From positions 11,842,001-11,906,000 of the forward strand of contig NC_043012.1 of the NCBI RefSeq assembly GCF_006345805.1: a stretch of DNA of 64,000 nucleotides, in the 5' to 3' direction. The notes below the pieces were generated by a model. The model saw only the letters and a list, made by a program, of their open reading frames with translations. It had not been told where the DNA came from and did not search any database. Source of the DNA: Octopus sinensis. Lineage: Eukaryota. Both the position numbers and the translations under genes were made by a program. The number at the start of each line of letters is the position of its first letter. The first letter of the stretch is position 1. Positions 1 to 13,329 of this stretch are shown one piece after another.

Positions 1-191
1 GTATGTATGTATGTATGTATGTATGTATGTATGTATGCATGTATGTAAGTATGGATGGATGGGTGGATGGATGGATGACTGTATTGTAAGTGTGCAGACG
101 TATTATATCATGTGCGTATAACTAGATATACAACTGCTATTGTTGAGCTTAGAATTTCACGTAGATTATCATAATCCTTCCTGCTAGCTAG

Positions 192-221
192 TCTGTCTGT
201 CTGTCTGTTTATCTACCTGCA

Positions 222-255
<34 letters not shown>

Positions 256-318
256 GCTAGCTAGATAGATAGATAGACAGATATGCAGGTAGATAGACAG
301 ACAGACAGAAAGACAGAC
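192..318. repeat. Fold-back compound microsatellite (TCTG/CTAT | CTAG | ATAG/ACAG)
   Basis: tatctacctgcatatct on the left arm and agatatgcaggtagata on the right arm, centred on ctagctagctag at about 253-264. Confidence 0.75.
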
Positions 319-674
319 AGATAGATTGATAGATATAAATGTATACTTTATACTATATATTTATGCTTGGAGTGTGTGGTGTAGACAAACGTACACACAC
401 ACGCACACACATATAGGATGAACTCTCCCATAGGTTCGGACGTATAAGGATCCGGCAACCCGCATTTTCTTTGTCAGTTATAAAACTCATGTCGAATGTG
501 ACATTTGAGTACCGCAAATAAATTGCAAAGAAGCCAGCTGGTGTTGCGAGTACGAGAATTACCGGTCAGTACCGGCGGTATATTTGTAACCGCTTTTCTC
601 TTTTGCCTTATACCCCTAAAACACATTCTTCATCCTAAAAATACGTACTACATCCACGAAAGGGTAATATATAT

Positions 675-1320
675 CCTCCCAAAAGGATTATAGTTGCAGA
701 TTATGTTGATGATTTAGTCCTTCTTTCTGATCTAATAAGCCAAGCAGAAAACCTATTCCATAGTGTTGAACACTTCTCCAATATCCTTGGGTCCGCCAAA
801 GCCTTGTCAGTGGCTTTGGTAGATGGAAACTGAAGGCCGTTGTAGATAAATGTGTGTGCGTTATTGGTCTTCATTTCAACTCGGTCAAAACAGAATACTT
901 AAGCTTAAATCAAAATAGATCAGTCAAAACCGTTTCTGGCACATCTCTCAACTGTGCGGTAGAATATACTTTTCTTATTTCTTTATTGCCCACAAGGGGC
1001 TAAACATAGAAAGGACAAACAAGAACAGAGAAGGAGAATAAGTGCGTAACTGGTACTTAATTTATCGACCCCGAAAAGATGAAAGGCAAAGTCGACCTCG
1101 GCGGAATTTGAACTTAGAACGTAACACCGCTGAGTATTTCGCCTGTCGTGCTAACTTTTCTGCCAGCAAAATCTCTAGTTGCGGAAGCGATACAAACATC
1201 TGCATTGGTAAGTCCCGGAGTGCCATCGACAAGTTACCTCTACTGTGAAAATCTAGACTTCTAGACAACACGAATAGGAGCCTCTTACATGCAACTGTTG
1301 CCTCTATTGCTGCTCAGCGT
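675..1320 (+). mobile_element. RTE-like LINE reverse transcriptase fragment, interrupted by SINE pieces
   Basis: Manual translation: IIVADYVDDLVLLSDLISQAENLFHSVE (YADD-like), IGLHFNSVKTEYLSLNQ, then DTNICIGKSRSAIDKLPLL*KSRLLDNTNRSLLHATV, matching the RT order YADD...KTEY...IGKAW...RATVES. Confidence 0.7.
969..1165 (-). mobile_element. tRNA-derived SINE family A, partial
   Basis: Contains the reverse complement of the family core gttcaaattccgccgaggtcgactttgcctttcatc, which recurs more than 10 times in the window. Confidence 0.8.
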
Positions 1321-1325
1321 GGATA

Positions 1326-1387
<62 letters not shown>

Positions 1388-1504
1388 ATGTGTGTATGTG
1401 TGTATGTGTGTGTATGTGTGTGTAGATGGATGGATGAATGAATGGATTGGTGGATCGATTGATCGACATATGAAATAGTAATAAAGTTAATCAGAAGAAA
1501 TTAC

Positions 1505-1897
1505 TCATATAGAGATTGCTTACAAACTACATGGTTCTGGGTTCAGTCCCACTGCCTGGCACCTTGGACAAGTTGTCTTCTACTATAGCCTCTGGCCAAC
1601 CAAAGCCTTGTGAGTGGTTTTGGTAGACGGAAACTGAAAGAAGCCTGTCGTATATATGTATATATATATGTATGTGTGTGTATATGTTTGTGTGTCCGTG
1701 CTTGTCCCCCCCCCAACATCGCTTGACAACCGATGCTGGTGTGTTTACATCCTCGTAACTTAGCGATACGGGAAAAGAGCTCGATAGAATAAGTACAAGG
1801 CTTACAAAGAATAAGTCCTGGTGTCGATTTGCTCGACTAAAGGCGATGCTCCAGCATGGCCACAGTCAAATGACTGAAACATGTAAAAGAGTAAAAT
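1505..1897 (+). mobile_element. tRNA-derived SINE family B
   Basis: B-box gggttcagtccc, body ccaaagccttgtgagtgg..ggtagacggaaactgaaagaagcc, internal TA/TG microsatellite, tail aaatgactgaaacatgtaaaagag; many paralogues in the window. Confidence 0.85.
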
Positions 1898-2409
1898 CTA
1901 TAAATTGACCAGAGAACAGAAATGAAAGAACACAAAGTAAAACAGTAGAATATTACATTTATTACGTTTTCCTATAATTTCAGATCGTTTGTGCGTTTTA
2001 ACGAAAAATATTTAAATGTGAAGATTCTATTTTATTTTACGTTATTTTATTTTATTGTATTTCATTTCATCTCCTTAGAAAATTTAAAGACTCTCTTCAC
2101 CTCTGTATAAACACACTAAGGAACAATTTCGTCTGATTAACTTTATGAGTGTGACCAATATACTTCTATCGACACTAAAAAACGTTCTATTCCTATAAAT
2201 GTGTGAAAATATGTGTGAGTGAGCAAGCGTGCGCGCGTGCGAGCCGGTGTATATGTGTGTGTATGTATGCATAGATGGATGGAGGGAGGGAGGGAGGGAT
2301 GAATAAATGGATGGATATGCATAAATGTATAAATATTTATTGAAAGAAAAAGGTTTTTGTAGGGTGTGTATGTGTGTGTGTACGTATATGTGACAAGAGA
2401 AATGATTCT

Positions 2410-2702
2410 TATATGGTTCTCGGTTCAGTCCCACTGTGTGGCACCTATAGTCTCGGGCCGACCAAAGCCTTGTCAGTGGATTTGGTAGATGGAAACTGAA
2501 AGAAGGCCATTGTAGATAAATGTGTGCGCGCATGTTTTTGTGCTTGTGTTCATCGTCTGCTGGTTTGTTTACGTCCCCGTTCTCTAGCAGTTTGGCAAAA
2601 GAGAACCGATAGAATAAGTACTAGACTTCAAAATAATAACTGAAGTCATTTTTTTCTACTAAAATCCCTCAAGATGGTGCCTCCGCAAAGCCGCAGTTCT
2701 AT
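2410..2702 (+). mobile_element. SINE family B, diverged copy
   Basis: ggttcagtcccactg...gaccaaagccttgtcagtggatttggtagatggaaactgaaagaagg...gatagaataagtactag. Confidence 0.75.
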
Positions 2703-2932
2703 GGCGAGCTGGCAGAAATGTTAGCACGCCGGGCGAAATGCTTCGTAGTATTTCGTCTGCCGTTACGTTCTGAGTTCAAATTCCACCGAGGTCGACTTTA
2801 CTTTTCATCCTTTCGGAGTCGATTAATTAAGTACCAGTTACGCACTGAGATCAATGTAATCAACTTAAGCCCTTTGTCTGTCCTTGTTTGTCCCCTCTAT
2901 GTTTAGCTCCTTGTGGGCAATAAAGAAATAAC
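2703..2932 (+). mobile_element. SINE family A, near full length
   Basis: A-box-like tggcagaaatgttag, B-box gagttcaaattcc, 3' end gggcaataaagaaataa. Confidence 0.85.
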
Positions 2933-4138
2933 AATGTTTGCGTTTGTGTGTGTTTCTTTGTGTGTGTACGTGCGCGTGTGTATAATGTATGTATGTATAA
3001 ACATGTATATATATATACATGTGTATAATGTATGTATGTATAAACATGTATATATATATATATATATATATACATATATGTGTGTGTGTGTGTGTGTATG
3101 TATGTACGTATGTATATACATGTATTTATGTGTGTTTGTATACACTCACTGTTCTTATACACCATTTTTGACTTGATTCCTTAGAAATCTTTATTTATGC
3201 ACAAGAAAAAGCAGTTTTAATAGAGAAAGATAATCAAAAATATCACTGAAGGAAAAAAAGGCATCACAAAACATTTCAGATCATTTAAATTATAATAATA
3301 ATTGCCTGGAAGCTATATAACGATCGCCTGATAACTTTGATAATAAACAGTTTATTTCTGGCTAAACCTCGCCTTTATCCTTGTTCTTAGTCCCAACATC
3401 ACCCATAAGGAAAATCAGTAGAACTGAATAATGAAGCAAATATGAATTGGACAACTTCTGAAGGAAACTTGGCTGAAATGACTTGAAGCATCTGTCAGCT
3501 GATTGCTTAAACTTTTGGTGACATTTGATAAATGCCTCTATATCGTGTCATATTTTGAATTGCTTCTGTAGTAAGACTTACATATTAAAATGATGGCTCC
3601 TAGCTGGATGTGTGCCCATTGCATAAATACATACCTTATATGTGTGATATCGTATTCATCACACACCGTCCATCGTATATGCAATTTCTGACATCCGAGA
3701 ACATTATGCTGTTATAGCAGAATAAGAATAAGAAAGACTTGGTTTTCGATTTTCTTTCGTTTGTTTTGATATATTTTGCTTAATTTTATTTATTCCGTGT
3801 CATTTATTATCGAGAATCCGCTGACACGTTTTTATAATTTCGCACCAATGACTCACAGTGAATAAAATTTAATACCAAATTCTAATAGGATGTAAAATTC
3901 GGTCAAAAGCAAAGCGAACAGTTCAACACCACTTTGTCGTTTTTCACAGGCTTCAAGCCATTGGTCGCTCAAATATTTGACGTGATGGGACCGCAATGTA
4001 TGTGTGTGGACGTGCGCGCGCGAATGAGTAAGTGTGTAATATACAACACACATATATACATACATACCATATATGTGTGTATGAGTGTGTGTAAAATACA
4101 GCAGGCCCACACACATATTATACATTATAGACATACAT

Positions 4139-4225
4139 AAACAGGGTGTTCGAGGTAAATTTGACAGTTTGCATAAAAGGAAAAGAAAACTCAATGCCCC
4201 ATCCAAAATTAAGAATATTTTAAAC
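4139..4225 (-). mobile_element. Solo Tc1/mariner-type terminus
   Basis: Starts CAGGGTGTTCG, a typical Tc1/mariner TIR start; tttgacagtttgcataaaaggaaaagaaa is the reverse complement of sequence at about 57950-57977, downstream of a transposase C-terminus. Confidence 0.5.
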
Positions 4226-4737
4226 AAGATTGTGGCTGGGAGATAAAAGTTTATTCAGAGAAGAAGCACTCAGGCAGAGGGCCTGAAATTTAGGGGAAGA
4301 GGGCAAGTCGATTGCATCAACCTCTATACTTCACCAGTACTATATTTTATGTATAGGGAAGAGTTACAGGTAACGTGATGATTTGCGCCGGGTATCAAAA
4401 CGACGATATCATGACTGCTGTTCAACTCCCTTTGGAGCCCGTCGTATTTATGTATATATATATATAATGTGTGTGTGTGCGTGTGTGTGTGTGTGCATGT
4501 GAGTGTGTGTGTGCCTTTGTGTCTGTGTGCGTGTCCATTTCCCTACCGCTTGACAACCGGTGTTGGTCTGATTACCGTTTCGTAACTTTGCTGTTCAGCC
4601 AAGCTAAAGGGGCCGATGGAATAAGTATCAGGTTTTAAAAAGAAAAAAAAACAAGTTTTTTCGACTTGAAATTCTTCAAGGCGGTGCCCAAGCATGGCCT
4701 TAGTAGAATGACTGAAGCAAGTAAAGGTTTTATATAT

Positions 4738-4855
<118 letters not shown>

Positions 4856-5040
4856 GGGAGAATTCACAAAAAAACAACAAAAGACGAAGACAGGTGGTGT
4901 AGACAACAAACAGATGTATTAGTATAACGCTCGGGAAGTGAAAAAGTCTTTAACGTTTCGAGCCTAGGCTCTTCCACAGAAAGGAACACAGAATGAAACA
5001 AGGAAAGAAAATAAAGAATGTGTAGTGGCTAGCGATCTAT
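4856..5040 (-). mobile_element. Penelope pLTR-like short repeat, subfamily C1, with hammerhead-like motif at 4948-4983
   Basis: Minus strand cttt CTGTGGA A GAGC ctag GCTC GAAACGTT aaag; (AT)n on both sides. Confidence 0.7.
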
Positions 5041-5355
5041 ATATATATACACATACATATATATATATATACATATATATATACGTGTGTGCGTGCGTGT
5101 GTGTGTGGTGTGCATGTGAGTGTGCGTGTGCCTTTGTGTCTGTGTGCGTGTCCATTTCCCTACCGCTTGACAACCGGTGTTGGTCTGATTACCGTTTCGT
5201 AACTTTGCTGTTCAGCCAGCTAAAGGGGCCGATGGAATAAGTATCAGGTTTTAAAAAGAAAAAAAAACAAGTTTTTTCGACTTGAAATTCTTCAAGGCGG
5301 TGCCCAAGCATGGCCTTAGTAGAATGACTGAAGCAAGTAAAGGTTTTATATATAC

Positions 5356-5402
<47 letters not shown>

Positions 5403-5418
5403 CTATATATATATATAT

Positions 5419-5452
<34 letters not shown>

Positions 5453-5471
5453 ATACATATATATATATATA

Positions 5472-5656
5472 GGGAGAATTCACAAAAAAACAACAAAAGA
5501 CGAAGACAGGTGGTGTAGACAACAAACAGATGTATTAGTATAACGCTCGGGAAGTGAAAAAGTCTTTAACGTTTCGAGCCTAGGCTCTTCCACAGAAAGG
5601 AACACAGAATGAAACAAGGAAAGAAAATAAAGAATGTGTAGTGGCTAGCGATCTAT
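5472..5656 (-). mobile_element. pLTR-like repeat C1 (duplicate copy), motif at 5564-5599
   Basis: Identical to 4856-5040. Confidence 0.7.
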
Positions 5657-6629
5657 ATATATATACACATACATATATATATATATACATATATATATAC
5701 GTGTGTGCGTGCGTGTGTGTGTGTGTGCGCGCGCAGGCGTTAAGGTTTGCGTAAATAAAAAGCACTCATTATTTTTGATCGAAGTGTAGGAACATGATTC
5801 TAGCAGCATTTTCCTTGTTCAACATCACGTTTTCTCCGGTTTTGAGATCGTGATTACTATTTTGCTGACGAAAGTTCAGAAAAAGAGGCAAATATTTAAG
5901 TCTACGCAAACAATTATACTTCAGATATATTCACGACTGAAGACTTGTTTTTAACATCGCATTTCTATCAAATACATTATATACTGTCTGTATTAATGTT
6001 TCGTGTTTAAAATGTATACGAATCTTTGATCATGCAAATCCTTGACTGTTGCATGACATCGCTCTTGTATTGATACAGATGTCACAGGTTTTTTGTGTGT
6101 GTTTGGAATATCTTGAGGTTGTATGCAAATATTTTTTAAAGGAAATCAATTAAACATTAGGTTAATATAGAGAGAACGAATATAATTTAGACAAAATTTT
6201 CTAGCTTTCTTTTTTTTTTACTTGTTTCAGTCATCGGACTGCGGCCGTGCTGGGGCACCGTCTTGAAGGGTTTTAAGTCAAACGAATCAACCCCAGTACT
6301 TTTTTTCTGAGGTTAAGTATTTATACTTATTCGATCGGTAATTTTTTCGAAACGCCAAGTTACGGGAATGTGAACAAACCCACACCTCATCTTGAGCGGT
6401 AGTGGGCGACAAACACAAAGGCGTACACACACACACACACACACACACACTTACATATAGTGAAAAATGTACCCTCTTCACCGCAAGTATGATAAATAGG
6501 AATAAATAAGAATGAAACAACGAAATTTTAGATGAAATAGCAAGAAAAAAAATCAAATTAATTATATTCGAAGATAAGTCGCTTGGATATTACAGTCACG
6601 TATCCTAGGATTCATAAGAACGGTTTTCG

Positions 6630-6830
6630 AGCTTTAGCGTATAAGTAACCGGGATCAGAAGCCCCAGGCCTGAACGGGACACCAGTCCAGCTCAAGTATA
6701 CACATTCACAACTGAGTTGACTGGAGCAACATGAGGCTAAGTGTTTTGCTTGCAGAACACGACGCACCGCTCGGTCTGGGAATCGTAACCACCGATTTAG
6801 CGATCGCGTGTGCAACATCATGACCGCTCG
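6630..6830 (-). mobile_element. Degenerate tRNA-derived SINE
   Basis: gggacaccagtcc...ctgagttgactggagcaacatgagg..gggaatcgtaacc; resembles 15740-15830 and the family D head. Confidence 0.5.
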
Positions 6831-7140
6831 GTGAGCAACACGAATTCCAGCTCATAAGTAGGAAATGGGAGAGAGAGCAGTCGATTATATTGGATACAAT
6901 GCTTGATTGAACTTTTATTTTATCGACCCCGGCACCACTTCCATTAAATGATTTTTCATAAATAATGCAATAATTAAAACTAAAAATAAACATCCTTTCA
7001 ATCCACTTTGCCTCTCTCTCTGTCTGACTGTCTGTCAGTCTGTCTGTCTCTATCTGCCTCTCTCTCTCAAACAAAAAACATGCATGTGTTGTGTGTTTGT
7101 GTATGTGTGGTTGTGTATGTGTGTTTGTGTACGTGTGTGT

Positions 7141-7790
7141 GTCGTGTTGAGTTTGTCCACGAGTTGATGCATTTAATCCCCAGAGTGCGCTGTCAGTGAT
7201 GTGTTGTCAGCGAACAACATTTCTCTGATGAGTATCTGGCGTACCATGGAATCTACAGGCTAAACAGTTTACTGTCTGATCTGGTGTGGAGGTAAACACT
7301 ATTAGTTGATGTCCCAAGTGCGTGTTTCAGCATGATTGCGAAGATGTGAAACAGGGTGGTGGAAGGCACATAGTCCGGCTTCACGTTGCTACATATATTG
7401 AGTGCCTTCGAAGAAGAACCATCAAATTGAACGACGTCTATCATATCCGCGTGAAACAACTAGACAATCCTGAGGAGTCTTGAAGGACAGCCAGTCTTGG
7501 CAAGGATTTTGAACAGATCGTCTCTACTGACGAGGTCGAAAGCCTTTGTGAGGTCGATGAAGGTGAAGAAGTATGGTTGCCTTTCCTCTCGCCACTTGAG
7601 CAGTAACTGTCGAGGCAAGAAAATTATGTCGATGTGGGGTACGTACTGATCTGAAACCCCACCGAGATTAAGGGCATACCGTTTCAGGGATTTCCTGTAG
7701 TCTGTTTAGGACAACGCACACAAAGAAATTCGCAACGATGCTCAACAGCGAGATACTTCGGTAATTCTTGTAGTCGTTTCTGTCTCTTTT
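7141..7790 (-). mobile_element. RTE (BovB-like) LINE reverse transcriptase fragment
   Basis: Manual translation: [72 protein letters not shown]; stops and frameshifts present. Confidence 0.9.
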
Positions 7791-7806
7791 GTTCTTCTAT
7801 AGAGAG

Positions 7807-7856
<50 letters not shown>

Positions 7857-8000
7857 ATATGAACATAATATACGTACATATATATATATATGTGTGTAAA
7901 TATATATATATACATATATACTTTGATAGGTTTCGGCCATTATTGGCCCAGGCCATGTCTAACTTAGTATTATATATATATATATATGTACGTATATTAT

Positions 8001-8047
<47 letters not shown>

Positions 8048-8071
8048 ATATATATATATTACTCTATGCTC

Positions 8072-8470
8072 TTTTACTCTTTTACTTGTTTCGGTCATTT
8101 GACTTTGGCCATGCTGGAGCAAATCGACCCCAGGATTTATTCTTTGTAAGCCTAGTATTTATCATATCGGTCTCTTTACCGAACCGCTAAGTTACGGGGA
8201 CGTAAACACACACCAGCATCGGTTGTCAAGCGATGTTGGGGGGGGGGACAAACACAGGCACACAAACATATACACACACACATACATATATATACATATA
8301 TATATACGACGGGCTTCTTTCAGTTTCCGTCTACCAAATCCACTCACAAGGCTTTGGTCGGCCCGAGGCTATAGTAGAAGACACTTGCCCAATGTAACAC
8401 GCAGTAGGACTGAACCCGGAACCAGGTGGCTGGTAAGCAAGCTACTTACCACACAGCCACTCCTACGCCT
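8072..8470 (-). mobile_element. SINE family B, full length
   Basis: Minus strand ggcgtaggagtggctgtgtggtaag...gggttcagtcc...tail aagtaaaagagtaaaagag. Confidence 0.9.
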
Positions 8471-9779
8471 ATATATATATATATGTTTAAATGCATACAT
8501 ACATATATATGTATGTGTGTGTGTGTAAACAGTTTCTGAATAGAAAATAGAGGGTGGTTATTGTTGGTAAGTTCTTAATCATTGACTAACGAGTTCATGT
8601 TAGGTTCATTTGAGCATGTAGTTTAATTTTTGTTAGCCGTCTTTCAATGCTCAAGCTACAGACACAACTGAAGATCAGTTTTCCTTTTTCTCTCACTCGA
8701 AAGCGTTGCTCGGCAGTTTCTGTCATTTCTAACTTATTATTCTTTACACGTTATATGACGAAGCCTCTGCCATGTTTTCTCTCTTTTACTGTTTTCTTAG
8801 TTGCTATATAACGAAGCCAGCAAAAGGAGAAAAAAAAAGGGTTAAATGAATGTTTGAAATAATAAATATCTATTTTAATGTTTTTTTTCTTTCTAGCAGC
8901 AGTTGATATTGTCAATGCTACTATCATATTTGCTATCACTACTACTTGAAAAACCTCTCGTTCTTGTAAGGAATACAGACCTCGAAGATGACACTTATTT
9001 ATCTCTAGCCAATGAGATTCAGTGAAGGAACGCAAAAATAGCATTTGTGAGATGTCACTGAACATAGATTGGAATGAAGAAAGATATTTTTATTTATAAA
9101 ATATTACTGGAAGAAAATCTTAAACGAAAGATTTGAAGAGAAATGTTAAAATCATTTCAGAACAATCTAACACTTTCTTTTTGGCTCCCGAAACAAAGCT
9201 TCGCTCAACGGTTAAGTTAAGACATGACTCAGATGGTTTCAAATTTTGGTACAAGGTCATTTAGTCTGGATGAGGAAGTAAGTCGATTACAGGAGTCAAC
9301 TGGTACTTATTTTATCGCCCCGAAAGGGATGAAAGGCAAAGTTGATCTCAACGGAACTTGAACTCAGAACGTACAGACGAGAGAAATGACGCTAAGCATT
9401 TTACGCGGCAGTGAGTTGACAGAATCGTTATCCAACTCGCTGCTTTATATAGATGGATAATAAAGAAGAGGCAGAGGTAATAAACGCATTAGAGCTAACA
9501 GTGAACGCTGAATCTTCTTTCATTAAATATAGCGAAGGGAATATACATGTACGTATGCATGCGTACACATACACACAGACACACACACAGACACACACAC
9601 ACACACAGACACACAGACACACACACACACACTCACACACACACACAAACGGCCTATCCTGTCAGTTGTGTTTACATTGGTTTGCCATTTGTTTTAGAAT
9701 GATCCACGAGTATTATTTATTTTTAAAAGTGCAGATAATTTCTGAATTTAGATATTGCAGATTTTTACTTTACTCGCCA

Positions 9780-10365
9780 TCCACTAAGGCAGATAAAATA
9801 AAGTACCAGTCATGAACTGAAGTCATATTAATCAACTAATGCCCCGTTCTGAGTTCAAATTCAGCGGAGGTCAGTTTTACCTTTTGTTCTTTTGGGGTCG
9901 ATTAAATAAGTACTAGTTGAGCACTGGGGTACATGTAATCGTTTAACCGCCTCCCTTAAAATTTCAGGCCCTGTGCCCATAAGAGAAAGGGTTAATTATG
10001 CAAACATTAAGACGGCGTGCTGGCAGAGTTGTTAGCATTTTGGACCAAATGCTTCACGGCATTTCGTCCCGAGTTCAAATTTCGCCATGGTCGGCTTTGC
10101 CTTTTATCCTTTTGTGGTCGATAAAGTAAGTATCTGTTTCTTTATTACCCACAAGGGGCTAAACACAGAGGGGACAAACAAGGACAGGCAAACGGATTAA
10201 GCCGATTACATCGACCCCAGTGCGTAACTGGTACTTATTTAATCGACCCCGAAAGGATGAAAGGCAAAGTCGACCTCGGCGGAATTTGAACTCAGAAAGT
10301 AACGGCAGACGAAATACGGCCACGCATTTCGCCCGGTGTGCCAACGTTTCTGCCAGCTCGCCACC
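9780..10365. mobile_element. Cluster of SINE family A copies; + copy at about 10012-10135 lies tail-to-tail with - copy at about 10135-10365
   Basis: Three occurrences of the gagttcaaat/gtcgac core in both orientations. Confidence 0.8.
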
Positions 10366-11713
10366 TTTAGTAAGTATCAATTAATCACTGGGATTCGATG
10401 TAATCGATTTACCCTACCCCATCCCCACCCCAAAATTGCTGACCTCGTACCAAACTTTGAAATCCTTATTTACGCAAATATATATTTGTCTATGCTTCAT
10501 CCAATGCAAACATTACTCACAGCAGATAAATCCTTTGTAGTGCACCACCAACGATTCAAATATTTAACCAAATACTTCATTTCTACTCGAACGAGGAATG
10601 CTGCCAAGAAATACTTCCTGTTCTATTTTCTTCTACCTTTCATTCTTTCGTTCTTTCTTTTCTTCTAGCTGTTTCCCGGTTTCCTTTCTTCCGTTTTTTT
10701 TCTTTCTTTCTGAATTACATTTCTTTTTTATATTTCGATGTTTTTCCTCTGTTTACTTGTGTTTTTGTTGCCTTTTCTCCCTTTCATTTTCCTTACTTTT
10801 CTTCAATTTTCCTGTTATTTTTTCCTTTCTTCCAATTTGGAATTTTTCTTTTTCTTTGCCTCTTTATTAATTTCTTTCATTTCATAGCACCCTCTCTCTC
10901 TCTCTCTCCCTCTCCCTCTCTCCCTCTCTCCCTGTCTCTCTCTCGCTCTCTAAATCCAAATATTATTGATTGATTTTCGTTTGTTGCTACTGTTGTTTGT
11001 TGTGGAATTATATTAAGTATCAGTTTGCATAAGACATATTTTCGTTGCACTCGAATGGTAATCTATCGATTTCCAATTTTCCCGATCGTTATTAATTATC
11101 ACATTAGACTATAAAGCATTTCGCATAAATCTGTTCAAAGTCGTGATCTGTATGCTGTGAAGAATTAAACACAGGTCAAAGTTCACGCGTGAATCAGTTC
11201 AAACATCTTTAATTTTCTTAATTCTGACCCGGCTCTCGTTTCTGAATATTAAATATTGTTCCAGTCACGATTGACTGCAAATCCTCGCAGTCACAACAAT
11301 GCTTTCGCCATATTCTGACTGAAAGGCACAAATTCATACAAACATACGACGGACTGTTATCACTGTATTATCACTGTAGTACAATTCTTTAGTGAGCATA
11401 TCAATGCTTGCGCACGTAAATTTTAACGCGTGTTATATTAACATAGACATATACGTACACACATACACAAACACAAATATATTTCTAAATTCTGAACAGC
11501 TTTTCATGCACATGTCTAATAAATCTACATTTTGTCACGCTGTGTAAATCAGTTGTGGTTAAACAATATCACGCAGCACAATAGGGTGAACTAGTCAAAT
11601 TTCCTCCGGTTCCTTCTGCAGGGAAAACTCTGCGTTTTGATTCTAAGGTCAACATTCACAACACACATATGTAAATTTATTTATAATTTAACCATGCACA
11701 GTACTTTAGCTTA

Positions 11714-11816
<103 letters not shown>

Positions 11817-12127
11817 TTATCTGTGTGTATATATATATATGTGTATATGTATATATTATATGCATATATATATATTACATATATACATATAATATATATA
11901 TGCATATATATATTATATATATATATGTATGTATATATATATATGTATATATATGTATATATATATATATATATACACATAGCATATATATATATATATT
12001 TATATATATATGCATATTTATATATGCATAATATATATATATATTATAATATATATGCATATATATATGCATAATATATAATCTATATATATATATATAT
12101 CTATATATATATATATATATACACATA

Positions 12128-12987
12128 TTCGTGGTCTGATCAATAGGAATCCGGACTGTTGCTATAGTAACGAAGCTATAGCTTGCAGAGTGAAGCTGCT
12201 TGGCACAAATTGACCTTAAACTCTGCTGTGCATGCGCAATAAGGTTTAACATTCTAGGTCACTTCCGCTGTTTACAGCAGTGCTTGGAAGGAAGGTGTAT
12301 AGCGTGCGATCGTTGCATTGACCATGCCATAGAAAGTTGAGAAGAGAATCTGCATCAAAGTTTGCCAAAAGCTTGTCAATACTTGCTCAGAGGCCCACGC
12401 AAAGTTTTCAAAAAGTTTTTATCGTTCTCGGACACAATCAAGGTGATCTTGTGCGACTGCAAGTCGAGTGTCGTTTTGGTCAGCTGAGAGTAGTTTGGGC
12501 ACAAACTTGGCAGGGACGCATCTCATACCCAAATTTTCAGTCATAATGGACTGGACTGAACCGGTAACTAATCTGCACATCCTCTGATAACTCACGGATG
12601 GTGATTCGACAATCTCCTCTCACAGCTACACGAACATCTACTCTGCGACTTTTTTCTCTGTTCTACTGGCCATCTTGGAAACGTATAAACCACTCGTACA
12701 ATTGTGTGAGGCTCATATACTTCTGCCTATACATATTCTGCAACTTTGTGTAGGCCTTTGAAGAGGTATCACCATGACAGCGTTCTGTCATGGTCAATGA
12801 GGCGATCACATGCAGCACACCTTCCTTCCAATCACTGCTGTAAACAGCGAAAGTTAGCTAGAACGTTGAAACTTAGTGATCATGCACAGAAACGTTCAAG
12901 GCCATTTTGTGCCGAACAGCTTCTCTCTATGTGCTTTAGCTTCATTACTATAGCAACAGTCCGGATACTTATTCATCAGATCACGTA
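12128..12987. mobile_element. mariner-derived non-autonomous element with about 200-bp inverted termini
   Basis: Ends cgtggtctgatcaataggaatccggact / agtccggatacttattcatcagatcacg-TA; transposase N-terminal remnants on both strands (+: EKRICIKVCQKL; -: YEWFIRFQDG, DCRITIRELSEDVQISY). Confidence 0.8.
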
Positions 12988-13019
12988 TATATATTTTTCA
13001 AAATATAACTACATGTGGA

Positions 13020-13215
13020 TCATTGGCGATTTTTCCCCGTCTTCCTTTTCTCTTGGACTTTCTTCTATCTCCTGTTTCTGAAGAAGAGCTTTGATTGAAA
13101 CGTAAAACTACTCTTCTTTCCTTCCCTAAGCATCTGCTAATAATTTGCAAGTACCATGTCCTCGCGTTGTTGTTTTTTTCTTGTGTTTTTCATCGATTTT
13201 TTTTATGTGCTTTTA
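13020..13215 (+). mobile_element. pLTR-like repeat C2 with degenerate hammerhead motif at 13074-13108
   Basis: gttt CTGAAGA A GAGC ttt GATT GAAACGTA aaac; stem II is broken. Confidence 0.6.
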
Positions 13216-13329
13216 AAAACTTTAGGCATTAAAAAACAAACGATTATGTACATTTCACAAATTTTATTTAATTGCCTTCCAAATACTCCTCTTGAGAGTT
13301 CATGTATGTATTTAGCTCAATAAGGATCG

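Noticed and set aside
2703-2800. Genuine tRNA genes at SINE heads
   Set aside because: A and B boxes are present, but each continues into a SINE body and I could not fold a full cloverleaf.
7226-7250. CTGATGAG hammerhead-like core
   Set aside because: There is no correctly placed GAAA or stems, and it lies inside RTE coding sequence.
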